Source: an uncultured bacterium
Lineage (GTDB): Bacteria > Krumholzibacteriota > Krumholzibacteriia > Krumholzibacteriales > Krumholzibacteriaceae
Length of the DNA stretch: 64,000 nucleotides
Reading direction: 5' to 3'
Assembly: GCA_963786935.1 (NCBI GenBank)
Contig: CAWBAN010000002.1
Location: forward strand, 384,001-448,000
Shown: piece by piece, positions 30,893 to 39,871 of the stretch
Layout: every line of letters begins with the position of its first letter
Position numbering within the stretch: the first letter of the stretch is position 1
Program-made: the position numbers and the translations under genes
Notes under the pieces: model-generated
The model's input: only the letters and a program-made list of their open reading frames with translations
Databases searched by the model: none
What the model was told of the DNA's origin: nothing

Positions 30893-31912
30893 TTGGTCCT
30901 GACGAACGTAATTCTCCCCGTATTCTTCATCATTTTCCTGGGATTTCTCCTGAGGAAGCTCGGAAAGGTCGACCTCAAGACCTTTTCGCGCGCCCAGCTC
31001 TATATCCTCTCGCCGGCGCTCGCGTTCATGTCGCTCGCCAAGCCCGAGGCGGATACGGGGCTCCTCCTGCAGGTGCTCGGGTTCGTCGTCTGCGTCGAGG
31101 CGGTGCTCCTCGGCGTCACCCTCGGCGTCGGCTTCATGATGAAACGCGGCCGCGCCGAGCGGCAGGCGATGACGCTCGCCTCCATTCTCATGAACACCGG
31201 GTTCTACGGGATCCCCGTCTGCGTGCTCGCCTTCGGCGACTGGGGGCTCGTCTACGCGACGATCTACATGGTCGCATCGTCGATCACGCAGTCGACGCTC
31301 GGGATCTTCCTCGCGAGCGCGGGGCACGGGAGCTCGAAAGAGGCGCTCGGGAACGTCTTCAAGACGCCGCTCCTCTGGTCGATCGTCGCGGCGCGGCTCC
31401 TCGTGTACGCGCACGCTCTTCCGCCGAAGCCGCTCATGAAGATGATCGACATGCTCGGCGCCTCGGCGATTCCGATCGGGCTCATCCTCCTCGGGATGCA
31501 GCTCGAGCGCATCTGGCTCGAATCGGCCGCGTGGCGCGCGAGCCTCGCGGGACGCGCGGCCGATTTCTCGATCGGGGAGAATCACGAGGGCGCCTCGGCG
31601 GGCGCCGTGTGCGAGCCGGGGCCGGGGGGCGTCGTCGAGCTCAGGCGCGACATCTCGGGCGGGATCGCGGGGGCGGCGATCCGCATCCTCGGCGGCCTCG
31701 TCGTGTCGTACGGCCTCATCCAGCTCTTCCATTTCAGCGCCAACATGAATCAGGTTCTCGTCGTCGAATCGTCGATGCCGACGGCGGTGAACGCGATCGT
31801 CTTCGCCACCGAATACAACTGCCGGCCGCGCCTCGTCGCGGTTGGCATTCTCGCCTCCACGCTCGCGAGCATCGTGAGCATCACGCTCATACTCAAGTAT
31901 CTGGGGGTCTGA
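30893..31912 (+). CDS. AEC-family (auxin efflux carrier / malate permease-like) transporter
   Basis: ILPVF..I.LG, NTGFYGIP, MPTAVN motifs; multiple hydrophobic segments. Confidence 0.85.
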   Translation: MVLTNVILPVFFIIFLGFLLRKLGKVDLKTFSRAQLYILSPALAFMSLAKPEADTGLLLQVLGFVVCVEAVLLGVTLGVGFMMKRGRAERQAMTLASILMNTGFYGIPVCVLAFGDWGLVYATIYMVASSITQSTLGIFLASAGHGSSKEALGNVFKTPLLWSIVAARLLVYAHALPPKPLMKMIDMLGASAIPIGLILLGMQLERIWLESAAWRASLAGRAADFSIGENHEGASAGAVCEPGPGGVVELRRDISGGIAGAAIRILGGLVVSYGLIQLFHFSANMNQVLVVESSMPTAVNAIVFATEYNCRPRLVAVGILASTLASIVSITLILKYLGV

Positions 31913-31913
31913 C

Positions 31914-33173
31914 GTGACGCCCGAGACCGTTCTCTCTTTCGCTCCGCGGGACGCCCGGGAAGCGGCGGATATTTTCCGCGCGTGCGGCGCCGCCGCGGCC
32001 GCGGGACGCGCCATCCGGGCGGGCGTCGTCGAGAGCCCCTTCAGGCCGGCCGACGGCTTCGAGGCGCCGCGCGCGGCGTCGTCGGTGCGCGAAATCGAAG
32101 CGGCCGCGGGCGAGACGCTCGTGCTGATGGGGCACGACGGCCTCGGCGGGATTCAGGAGATATCGAAGGCGAATTTCCTCGCCGTCTCGGGAGGCGGCAT
32201 GAGGTTCGGCGCATTTGTCGAGGAGGCGCGCCGGGCGGGGCTCTATTTCCCGCACGAGCCGGACGTTCTCACGCGGCACGCGACGATCGCCGAGCTCGTC
32301 ATGGGCGCGGAGATCTTCGGCACCGACGGGCATTTCGGGAATCTGCGCGAGTACGTTCTCTCGCTCGAGATCGTGACGCCGGCGGGGGAGATAATCCGGA
32401 CCGGCTCGCGCGCCGTCAAGGACGTCGCGGGCTACAATATCGCGGGCTTTCTCATGGGCGGCGGCGGCCTCTGCGGGATGATCGCGACGGCGACGCTGCG
32501 GCTCCTGCCGCCGCCGGGAACGCGGATGCAGTTCCTGTGCATGGCTCCGCGCGCGACGCTCGAGAAGCTTGCCGGAGAGATTCACCGGAAGCTCGCGCCC
32601 GCGTTTCTCGAGCTCTTTCCGTACACGGAGAGCGCCGACGAGCGGTCGAACCTGATCGGAGAGCTGCAGTCAGCGGCGCCGGGCAGGGAGGAGGCGCTGC
32701 TCGCGGCGCTCGCGGCGCTCGCCCCGGCGGATGCCGCGCCCGAAAAGCTCGAGCGGACGTCGCTCGAGGCGTTCAGGCACTTTCCGATGCTCGCGATGAA
32801 AAACATGAAGAAGGGTCAGCGGCTCCTGCACGCGGCGCTCGGAACGGATCTCCCCTCGGCGCACCGGCACGACATCTGGGGACGCCGGAGCTTTTTCCCC
32901 TCGCGCTTCCATTACTATTTCGCGGCGGATTCGAGCGCCGCGCCGGAAGTCTGCGCGGCGGGCCTCGGGGGCGTCGTCGATTCGATCGAGATGCGCGGAG
33001 AGCGGATATACCGGAGGCGGCTCGGAAGAGAAGAGATCGCGATGATCGCGGGCGGGCACGGGGGTGGAGCGGGCGGAGCCGGCGCGCGCGGATCGACGGA
33101 AGCTTCCACGGCCGGTGAGCTCACGCTCAGGATCCAGCGGGTTTTCGATCCTCACGGGATCATGTTGCCTTGA
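31914..33173 (+). CDS. FAD-binding oxidoreductase, GlcD/GlcE-like (divergent)
   Basis: YVLSLEIVTPAGEIIRTG..AVKDVAGY motif and C-terminal FDPHGIM; adjacent to Fe-S subunit. Confidence 0.75.
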   Translation: MTPETVLSFAPRDAREAADIFRACGAAAAAGRAIRAGVVESPFRPADGFEAPRAASSVREIEAAAGETLVLMGHDGLGGIQEISKANFLAVSGGGMRFGAFVEEARRAGLYFPHEPDVLTRHATIAELVMGAEIFGTDGHFGNLREYVLSLEIVTPAGEIIRTGSRAVKDVAGYNIAGFLMGGGGLCGMIATATLRLLPPPGTRMQFLCMAPRATLEKLAGEIHRKLAPAFLELFPYTESADERSNLIGELQSAAPGREEALLAALAALAPADAAPEKLERTSLEAFRHFPMLAMKNMKKGQRLLHAALGTDLPSAHRHDIWGRRSFFPSRFHYYFAADSSAAPEVCAAGLGGVVDSIEMRGERIYRRRLGREEIAMIAGGHGGGAGGAGARGSTEASTAGELTLRIQRVFDPHGIMLP

Positions 33174-33183
33174 ATTCATTCCG

Positions 33184-34782
33184 ATGACGAAAGCTGCCAT
33201 GGCGGACAAAGACGCGAAGAAGGACATAACGAACGACCTGCTCCTCTGCAACCGCTGCGGCACGTGCCGCTCGGTGTGCCCGCTCCTCTCCGTGGATCGC
33301 GAGGAATGGGCCGGGGCCCGGGGGAAGGTGGAGATCGCCGAGGCGTTCTTCCGCGGGGAGGATCTCTCGAGCGACGAGGTCCGCAAGGTGTTCGACTACT
33401 GCCTCCACTGCATGACGTGCGAGGAGAACTGCCCCTCCGGCATGCGCGCGGAGGAGATCGTCATGGCGGTGCGGGCCGAGATGGCGCGGCGGGGGAAGAT
33501 GTCCCGCCTCAAGCGGCTCGCGCTCAAGACGCTCGGCGGCGCGGACGCGGCGCTTTTCACGATCATGCGTCACGTCGGGCTGGCGCGGCGATCGCCGCTG
33601 CACGGCGTCGGCGGGAAGAGCCCGCTCGCGGCGCTTTATCCGCTCCTCGGATGGCCGCGCGAACGGTTCGTGCCGCTCCCCGCGCGGAAGCCCTTCCTCG
33701 GCTCGGGGCCGGAGCTCTACAAGGCGTCTGATGTCGCCGTCGCAATTCCCGATGCGGGGGCGGGGGAGCTCCTCGATCTCGTCGCCGCGGCGCGCCAAAG
33801 AAATCTCGCGGCGGGCAAGCGCGCGTATTTCTTCGTCGGCCACGCGGTGAATCTCTTCTTTCCCGAGGAGGCGCGCGCCGTCACGAGGCTCCTCAATATT
33901 CTCGGCGTCGACGTCATTGCGACGAAGGATCAGGTGTGCTGCGGCGCGCCGGTCTACTACGCGGGGGATATCGCCGGCGCCCGCAGGAACGCCGCCGAGG
34001 TGCTCGAGCGCTTCGAGGGGCACGAGTACGACTGGATCGTCACAACCTGCTCGTCGGGTGGGCTGATGCTCAAGGAGGAGTTCCCGCGGCTATTCGACCT
34101 CACGGGAGACGGCTATTTCGAGATCGAGTGGGACGCGTCGCTCGAATGCTTCCGCCGCGTGCCGGGGCGCAGCACGGTGAAGCAGGAATACCCGAGGGTT
34201 GAGGATCTATACCGGACGCATGTCGAGGGCAAGGTCCGCGACATCAACGAGCTCATCGCCGAGCTCCTCGGGCTGCGCGAGGAGACAGACGACTTGAGCG
34301 GAGTGCTCGATGGAACAGTGAAAGCGTCGGCCCCTGTCGAGGCGCGCGCCGCGGCAGCCATCGTGGACTCCGCGCGAAAGCAGGGCGCGGCGCTTCCCGT
34401 CGTAACCTATCATCAGCCCTGCCATCTCAAGCGAGGGCAGGGGGTGGAGTGGCAGAGCGAGGCGATACTCAAGCTGCTTCCCGGGTATCGTTACGTCAGG
34501 ATGAACGATTACGATCGCTGCTGCGGCGGAGGCGGATCGTTTACGTTCATCTATGGCGATGCTTCAGCCGCGGTCGCCGCGGTCAAGATGGATGCGATCG
34601 CCGAGGTGCGGCCGGATGTAGTCGCGACAGCGTGTCCGCTCTGCCGCATCCAGCTCATGGACATGATCCGGCGGCGTTTCGTCGTCGAGGCGCACTCGCG
34701 CGGAGAGCAGCCGCGGAGCATCCCCGTGACGACTCCGGCCGAGCTCTTACTCGAAGAATTGCATAAGGTTATGGCGCAATGA
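33184..34782 (+). CDS. (Fe-S)-binding oxidoreductase, GlcF-like (2x 4Fe-4S motifs + CCG domains)
   Basis: CNRCGTCRSVCP, CLHCMTCEENCP, two CCG motifs, YHQPCHL, TACPLC. Confidence 0.88.
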   Translation: MTKAAMADKDAKKDITNDLLLCNRCGTCRSVCPLLSVDREEWAGARGKVEIAEAFFRGEDLSSDEVRKVFDYCLHCMTCEENCPSGMRAEEIVMAVRAEMARRGKMSRLKRLALKTLGGADAALFTIMRHVGLARRSPLHGVGGKSPLAALYPLLGWPRERFVPLPARKPFLGSGPELYKASDVAVAIPDAGAGELLDLVAAARQRNLAAGKRAYFFVGHAVNLFFPEEARAVTRLLNILGVDVIATKDQVCCGAPVYYAGDIAGARRNAAEVLERFEGHEYDWIVTTCSSGGLMLKEEFPRLFDLTGDGYFEIEWDASLECFRRVPGRSTVKQEYPRVEDLYRTHVEGKVRDINELIAELLGLREETDDLSGVLDGTVKASAPVEARAAAAIVDSARKQGAALPVVTYHQPCHLKRGQGVEWQSEAILKLLPGYRYVRMNDYDRCCGGGGSFTFIYGDASAAVAAVKMDAIAEVRPDVVATACPLCRIQLMDMIRRRFVVEAHSRGEQPRSIPVTTPAELLLEELHKVMAQ

Positions 34783-34810
34783 GCGGGCGCGCGGCCGGGC
34801 GATTTGGGCG

Positions 34811-34839
34811 TTGACATCGAGGCTTTCGCCCGCTATTAT
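34811..34839 (+). promoter_or_regulatory. sigma70-type promoter of tRNA-Asn
   Basis: TTGACA-N17-TATTAT upstream of the tRNA. Confidence 0.75.
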
Positions 34840-34917
34840 TGATACTCGGCGATGCCTCCGGGCGTCGCCTGCATTTTTAAAAATTGAACGCGGTCCCCGC
34901 GGCCGCGATTAGTTTGC

Positions 34918-34993
34918 TCCTGAGTAGCTCAATCGGTAGAGCATCCGGCTGTTAACCGGAGGGTTGTAGGTTCAAGTCCTACCTCAGGAGCCA
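34918..34993 (+). tRNA. tRNA-Asn(GTT), 76 nt, CCA encoded
   Basis: Acceptor stem TCCTGAG/CTCAGGA, anticodon arm TCCGG-CTGTTAA-CCGGA, T-arm GTAGG-TTCAAGT-CCTAC. Confidence 0.98.
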
Positions 34994-36535
34994 GTTCTTA
35001 TTTCTGGTCCTCAAACGGCACATTTTGCGCCGATCTGTCTCTCCTCTTCCTCCGACTCCATCCGCCAAGTATATCGAATGGTTTGCGCAGCTCGCTTATC
35101 TATTTCCCCGTCTCTTAATATCGAGTTCGAGAGTAGCAAGTTCGAGCAGTTTTCGCTTTTCGAAACGAATCCTGCTCAATGTATAGGGAATACGCCTGTT
35201 GCGCGAGTTCTAAGTATTCTGTTTGCATCTCTCTAGATAATTCATCCCCGGCCTGCTTATGCTCTTGCTATTTGCTCTTCGATGCTGTCTTGCTCTGCCT
35301 GCTCTGAAATTTTTCGTATTTGCTCTTCCAGAAACTTCTCAGTCCACCAAGCCGGCTAGCTTGTCCTCGTACAGTTTGATCTATCTTGTCGTTCGATCTC
35401 CTTGATATCTCGGTCTGTAGCTTTTTCGATCTCTCTGGCATATGCGCTTCGTTTTCGTCCTTGAAGCTCTCGGACTAGCGCCTCTCTTTATCCATTCAAG
35501 CCGCTCCTCGGTCATTCTGAGCCTCTTTAGCGGCTCTCCCAGTAGCATCAGAGCCAGCTCGTCTTCCTCTCAATGCGCCTTCTCGGGGCATTTTCCGCGG
35601 TACTTGCGTGCAGCGATAGTAAACATACGTTCCCTTTATTTTCGAAGGGCGACATTACGCACGCCGCAGCGTCCGCACTTCATAAGTCCCACTGAAATGC
35701 GAATTGCCTTGAGATTCGCTTTCGCCTCATACATTTCTGCGATTCCTTTACTTGCTGCGCTCGCTCGAATAGCTCTCTCGAGCACTAATTGCATCATGCT
35801 TGCCCCTGGTAGTACACACCCTTCCACTTGAAGTCTCCCGATATATGCAGGATTCTTTAGCATGTGTGTCTATCTGGAATGCTCTAGCTATTGGCTTTCC
35901 CTTTCTCGATCTCAGCCCTTTGGCTCTTAGGCTATCTTTGTGAGCTCCAGTGAGCGACAACGTTTCCTTTTGAGTATATCTCGAAGAGCTCCCGAATAAT
36001 TCCAGCTCGCTTGAACAGTCTATGTCGATTCCCTTTGTCTCTGTGTTATTGACGTACCCGAGCGGCGCCCACGATGGATACAGCCCTTGCTGGGCTTTCT
36101 CCAGCATTCCCTTTCGCGTCTCTTCCGATAGCTGATCGATATAGCTCTTTGCTATAATTACTTTGATTCCGTACATGAGCTTGTCGCTCTGCCGCGCGTC
36201 TTTGCCTGATTATCTGTCCCTCTTTCACGAAGTGAAGCGTTCGCCCGACGATCATCGATCTTCACAATGTCCCGAATATTGCGTGTGAGCCTGTCCGTTT
36301 TTTCGACAAGGATATGCTCGACTTTCTTGTTTCGACGAAGGAACTCCAGCATCTTCTCAAATTCTGTTCGCCCCGCTGCCTTTAGCGCTTTCTGACTTCC
36401 TCGAATTCCCGTACGACCGAGCAGCTTCTGCTTCTCGGCGTACTCTCTCAGCAATTTCCTTTGGGCAGCTATTGAGTACCCTTTCTCTGATTGTTCTTTG
36501 CTCGATACCCGGACGTACAATACCGCTTTGTCCAT
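34979..36535 (-). pseudogene. Large serine recombinase, multiply frameshifted (real decay or consensus indel errors)
   Basis: Collinear fragments in different frames: YVRVSS, EKTDRLTRN, APLGYVN, MLKNPAYIG, GLMKCGRCG, LELAQQAY, LRKPFDIL; last frame ends NWLLR* inside the tRNA antisense. Confidence 0.85.
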
Positions 36536-36596
36536 TTTCTCCTCCATCGTCAATTAGCCGCGAACTCTGCTTGTACCACATTCCGCATTTTCGTTT

Positions 36597-37486
36597 TCAA
36601 GACCCATCGGGCTTATCTATTGCGTACCCCGCAACCATTTCCTTGAGAAACCCGTTGCCATCATGGAGCTTCTCCGTTATTCCCTCTGCTCCAATTTTTT
36701 CCAGCATATCCATTCCGATAGGGGAGACTTCCCACGTTTTGCCCCCGGCATCGAAGCGCCGCAGCTTTATGTCTCTCGATGTCGATATTCTTCTGAATCC
36801 CCGCAGCGATCTCCCGGTGCATTTCTTCGTCAGGTACTTTGCGAGATATCTTCCGCGTCCGCGAGCCTTTCAACACGCTTTATAAACACGATCGGACCGC
36901 CGCCCACGGCTTCCCATGCTTGGCTAATCCATTTTTGGTGAATGTATCGATCGACCAGCGCGTGCAGGTGGGGGATACCCGATCTATGCAGCTCCAAGAC
37001 GCATATGTACGAAATCGGCTCGTTGTACTTGCGCCCAAGGTAAACCCGGAACTTCCCCCATACGTTCCAGATATGCCTATGCGGATGATCCTTCTCTGGT
37101 ATTGTCTCTGGATTCAGCGTCAGCGTGAGGAAGCGATCAAGCTGCTTTTCCCCGGCGGCGCTCTCGATATCTTTGCTTAATTGCCACGCCATTCGCGGTC
37201 CGCATTCGGGACAGCTCCATCGCTTGCAATACAGCCTCTTGTATACGAACTTCTCGTTTCCCGCCTCGTCCTTGACCTTCGTCCATATCGCTTTCTTGCC
37301 GCATGCTCTGTTATATTTAGGCTTCTTTATATCAAGTGAAGAGGAAATAACCCCGGCACCATCCACAGCCCCCACCCCTTTTTCCTCCGGTTCGCTAACC
37401 AGATCATCCACGCAATCGTGTCCTGCGATAGCTCGATTGGTGGCCCCCCATTGATAACAGAAACAGCGCCTCCAGATCTGTCCCAT
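36597..37486 (-). CDS. Rolling-circle replication initiator (HUH endonuclease), frameshifted near 36855; start uncertain
   Basis: CKRWSCPEC, motif I FLTLT, motif II HLHALV; after a frame change, motif III YLAKYLTK and RRISTSR, ending at TGA 36597-36599. Confidence 0.8.
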
Positions 37487-37568
37487 CTATCCAACAGACT
37501 GAAGAACGCTGCTACTGATCTTCCATCTTCTGTCATTCCCCACCACCCCCAGAATCCAGCCAATAATG

Positions 37569-37814
37569 TCATTTCAACGAAGCTCTTACTCTTTCAATGA
37601 ATTCATCACAGCATCCTGTTACTTCAAGCTGTGTGCCATCAGCTGATTCTCCCTTCGTGATAACTCTTGCGCATTGCCCATGAATGGGGCAACGCATTTT
37701 GCTTATCGTTGTTCGTACTGATGACGTTGCTTCTTTAATTGCCGACTTTTTGATTTCGTTCGCCAATTGATCAATCTTGATTTCTCGCCCATTAAATTCT
37801 AGTTTCATTTTCAT
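37569..37814 (-). CDS. Small hypothetical protein with CPxHG...GCC motif
   Basis: 81-aa ORF co-oriented directly downstream of the ImmA-like gene. Confidence 0.65.
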   Translation of the reverse strand: MKMKLEFNGREIKIDQLANEIKKSAIKEATSSVRTTISKMRCPIHGQCARVITKGESADGTQLEVTGCCDEFIERVRASLK

Positions 37815-37822
37815 GGTTCATT

Positions 37823-38470
37823 TCACTTCCTTTTTCCCTTTTCCAGTTCTTCCTCTACCATTCGAGCAATATCCATTCTTTCTCCCAAATGGTTTATTCT
37901 ACATTCAATCACTTTTGGGCTAACTTGGAATGGCCTTGAAATCTCTTTCGCAATGTATGGTACTGCGACTGTAGCTGTTGTTGAGATCAGGCTCAGGATA
38001 TCAACGTTGGTTGCAACTACGCTTCTTACTATTGGCTCCAGTTTCTGCTCCGGAACTAGCACTTGCTCCGCAAAGAGCATCCCTTGAATTTCAAATCGGT
38101 CAATCACAGTGCGATCAGCTGACGTGATGAAATCGATGTACTCTGGTATGCTGCCAAATCGGTGCTCTTCATAGAACTGTTTATGCAGGACCAAGTGTCC
38201 TATCTCATGGGCGATAGTGAATCGACATCTTTCGTAATATTTCTCGTATGTGGTTTCGTCCAGATATATCGCTGTGCAATCTGATGTCAGGAATCCATCG
38301 ATTCTGTAGTTATCCAGCAGGTTCGACTTTGTGATAATATCCAATCCCAGTTTGAGATCGGCTATTTCCTCCATCGGAATCGGTAGCTCAAATGATGGAT
38401 GATATGTTCGTAAGAACTCATATGCTCTCTCTCCAATCTCACCATACCCCAAGTAACTTGGAACGATCAT
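37823..38470 (-). CDS. ImmA/IrrE-family zinc metallopeptidase
   Basis: RFTIAHEIGHLVLH (HExxH) and downstream E...FA..VLVP; paired with an XRE gene. Confidence 0.88.
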   Translation of the reverse strand: MIVPSYLGYGEIGERAYEFLRTYHPSFELPIPMEEIADLKLGLDIITKSNLLDNYRIDGFLTSDCTAIYLDETTYEKYYERCRFTIAHEIGHLVLHKQFYEEHRFGSIPEYIDFITSADRTVIDRFEIQGMLFAEQVLVPEQKLEPIVRSVVATNVDILSLISTTATVAVPYIAKEISRPFQVSPKVIECRINHLGERMDIARMVEEELEKGKRK

Positions 38471-38474
38471 GTTC

Positions 38475-38849
38475 CTACTCCTTCTTCAATTCCTCGATCA
38501 ACCGCTTCAGCTCCTCGTCGCTCAAGTCCGCCCCCCGCGCGGTTCTGAACAGCAGAGGCAATTTCGCAAGCAGTCGCTCGTCATTCTGGAAGTCGTCGGG
38601 CACGCGGCCCACATCTGCAGCTGCATAGTCAAAGAACTTCAGCCAATCGTCACTTCCTTTCTGTATTCCCAGAGCCTCTGCGTACTTTGTTCTCTGGTCC
38701 TCGCCTTGCGGTGGAGGGAGAATCCCTCGCTCAATCTTGCTGACGTTACCTGGATCTAGTCCATTCTTCCTGCAGAACTCACGCAGTGTTAGGTTCAAGG
38801 CTGTTCTCTTCTCCTTGAAGAACTGTCCGAACATGCCCCTTCCCGTCAT
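38475..38849 (-). CDS. XRE-family HTH transcriptional regulator (ImmR-like)
   Basis: FGQFFKEKR...TLREFC....DPGNVSKIERG. Confidence 0.88.
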   Translation of the reverse strand: MTGRGMFGQFFKEKRTALNLTLREFCRKNGLDPGNVSKIERGILPPPQGEDQRTKYAEALGIQKGSDDWLKFFDYAAADVGRVPDDFQNDERLLAKLPLLFRTARGADLSDEELKRLIEELKKE

Positions 38850-38887
38850 GTTCTTGCCCCTCTCTTGTTAAAGGCCGGTTCTGTTGT

Positions 38888-38938
38888 TGTGTTGTTACAA
38901 CACAGTTGTAATATATCTACAACACTATTTCCTGTCAA
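38888..38938 (-). promoter_or_regulatory. Promoter of the XRE-ImmA operon overlapped by palindromic operators
   Basis: Minus-strand TTGACA-N17-TATATT; palindromes TGTGTTGT-T-ACAACACA (38888-38904) and GTTGTA-N7-TACAAC (38905-38923). Confidence 0.7.
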
Positions 38939-39110
38939 GCCCAATCACAAAGATTTCTACTATATCATTATTTCTCAATATGTTATCTTTCTATGTGCGC
39001 AGTCCCAGGAGCCAGCTCTCGCCAGACTGGTGCTACGCATACGTCACGAAGCTCGCCCAATCAGGGCAACTTGCGGGTACTATTCTTTTGTACTTATACT
39101 CTGCTTCATA

Positions 39111-39608
39111 TTACTGTCTGGCTCCGAGTACGCTATACGTAATAGTGCAAGAACCAGCAGAACAAGCACTACAAACATGGGTGATAGTCCCCGAAAAATT
39201 GTCTTCGCTTGAGAAGAAGATATCATAGGACTTTACTCCGCGAGAAGTGCAGTTGGCATCCCACCAGCATATACGGACTTCAGATCCCATTCCCCTTCTT
39301 GTGCTTATATTCCAAACGCCTTGAATACCCATGAAATGAATTACATTTCCCTCGATCAGTATCGTGCTTGGCGAAGGTGGAGCGTCATAAGTAGCTAAAC
39401 TAGCTACAGTGCAATTATTCGACGTGACATTGCTTGCAACCACAAAGGTGCCGCTGTAATTGGGTTCGCCGGGTGGGGTAGGTTCAACCTCATCTTTATT
39501 GCCGCAGCCGAGAATTGTTAACGTGATTAATGTGGCGATAAGAGCGATGAACTGTCTTCTGATCATATCTACTCTCCGATACATTATTTTGTTCCTCGCG
39601 TACTCCAT
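39111..39608 (-). CDS. Cys-rich hypothetical lipoprotein (element cargo); alternative start 39566
   Basis: Signal peptide with lipobox ILGC; own promoter TTGACA-N17-TAGAAT on the minus strand (39692-39664). Confidence 0.7.
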   Translation of the reverse strand: MEYARNKIMYRRVDMIRRQFIALIATLITLTILGCGNKDEVEPTPPGEPNYSGTFVVASNVTSNNCTVASLATYDAPPSPSTILIEGNVIHFMGIQGVWNISTRRGMGSEVRICWWDANCTSRGVKSYDIFFSSEDNFSGTITHVCSACSAGSCTITYSVLGARQ

Positions 39609-39838
39609 AGATAGCCCCCTTCTTGATGATTCTGGAATTATTACTCAGATTAATCTCAGGTGAATTCTAGAGTGATTTGATCTTATTGTCAATCTCGAGA
39701 AGCCACCATGTAATCAATAGACTTGTACTTTGGGTCCTTGAAGTCATTCAATCTTGCCTCGGCAATTCGGCGGCAGTGCGAAGCATGCGAAGTTTCTGGG
39801 GCTTAACTCTAGCCAGACTTAGTGAAGATGACGGGAAT

Positions 39839-39871
39839 GGTTCGTGAATCGTCCAGACCGGGGAGCCAGTT
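39839..39871. repeat. attR-like site of the integrated element
   Basis: GGTTC-N7-GTCC-N7-GGAGCCAGTT versus the tRNA end GGTTC-N2-GTCC-N7-GGAGCCAGTT. Confidence 0.8.

Larger units (their letters stand above)
34987..39871. mobile_element. Integrative rolling-circle-type element inserted at the tRNA-Asn 3' end
   Basis: 10-bp direct repeat GGAGCCAGTT at 34987-34996 and 39862-39871; visible drop in GC; carries serine recombinase, HUH Rep and XRE/ImmA genes. Confidence 0.85.

Noticed and set aside
37327..37572. Small ORF containing MTEDGRSVAAFFSLLDRWDR upstream of rep
   Set aside because: May be a real small element gene, but it overlaps the uncertain rep start in an indel-prone region; not enough support to call.
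34994..39861. Filamentous or tailed prophage
   Set aside because: No Zot-like ATPase, coat-like small TM proteins, terminase or capsid genes are recognisable.
39839..39871. Second tRNA gene
   Set aside because: Only the terminal core and short motifs match; no cloverleaf can be formed.
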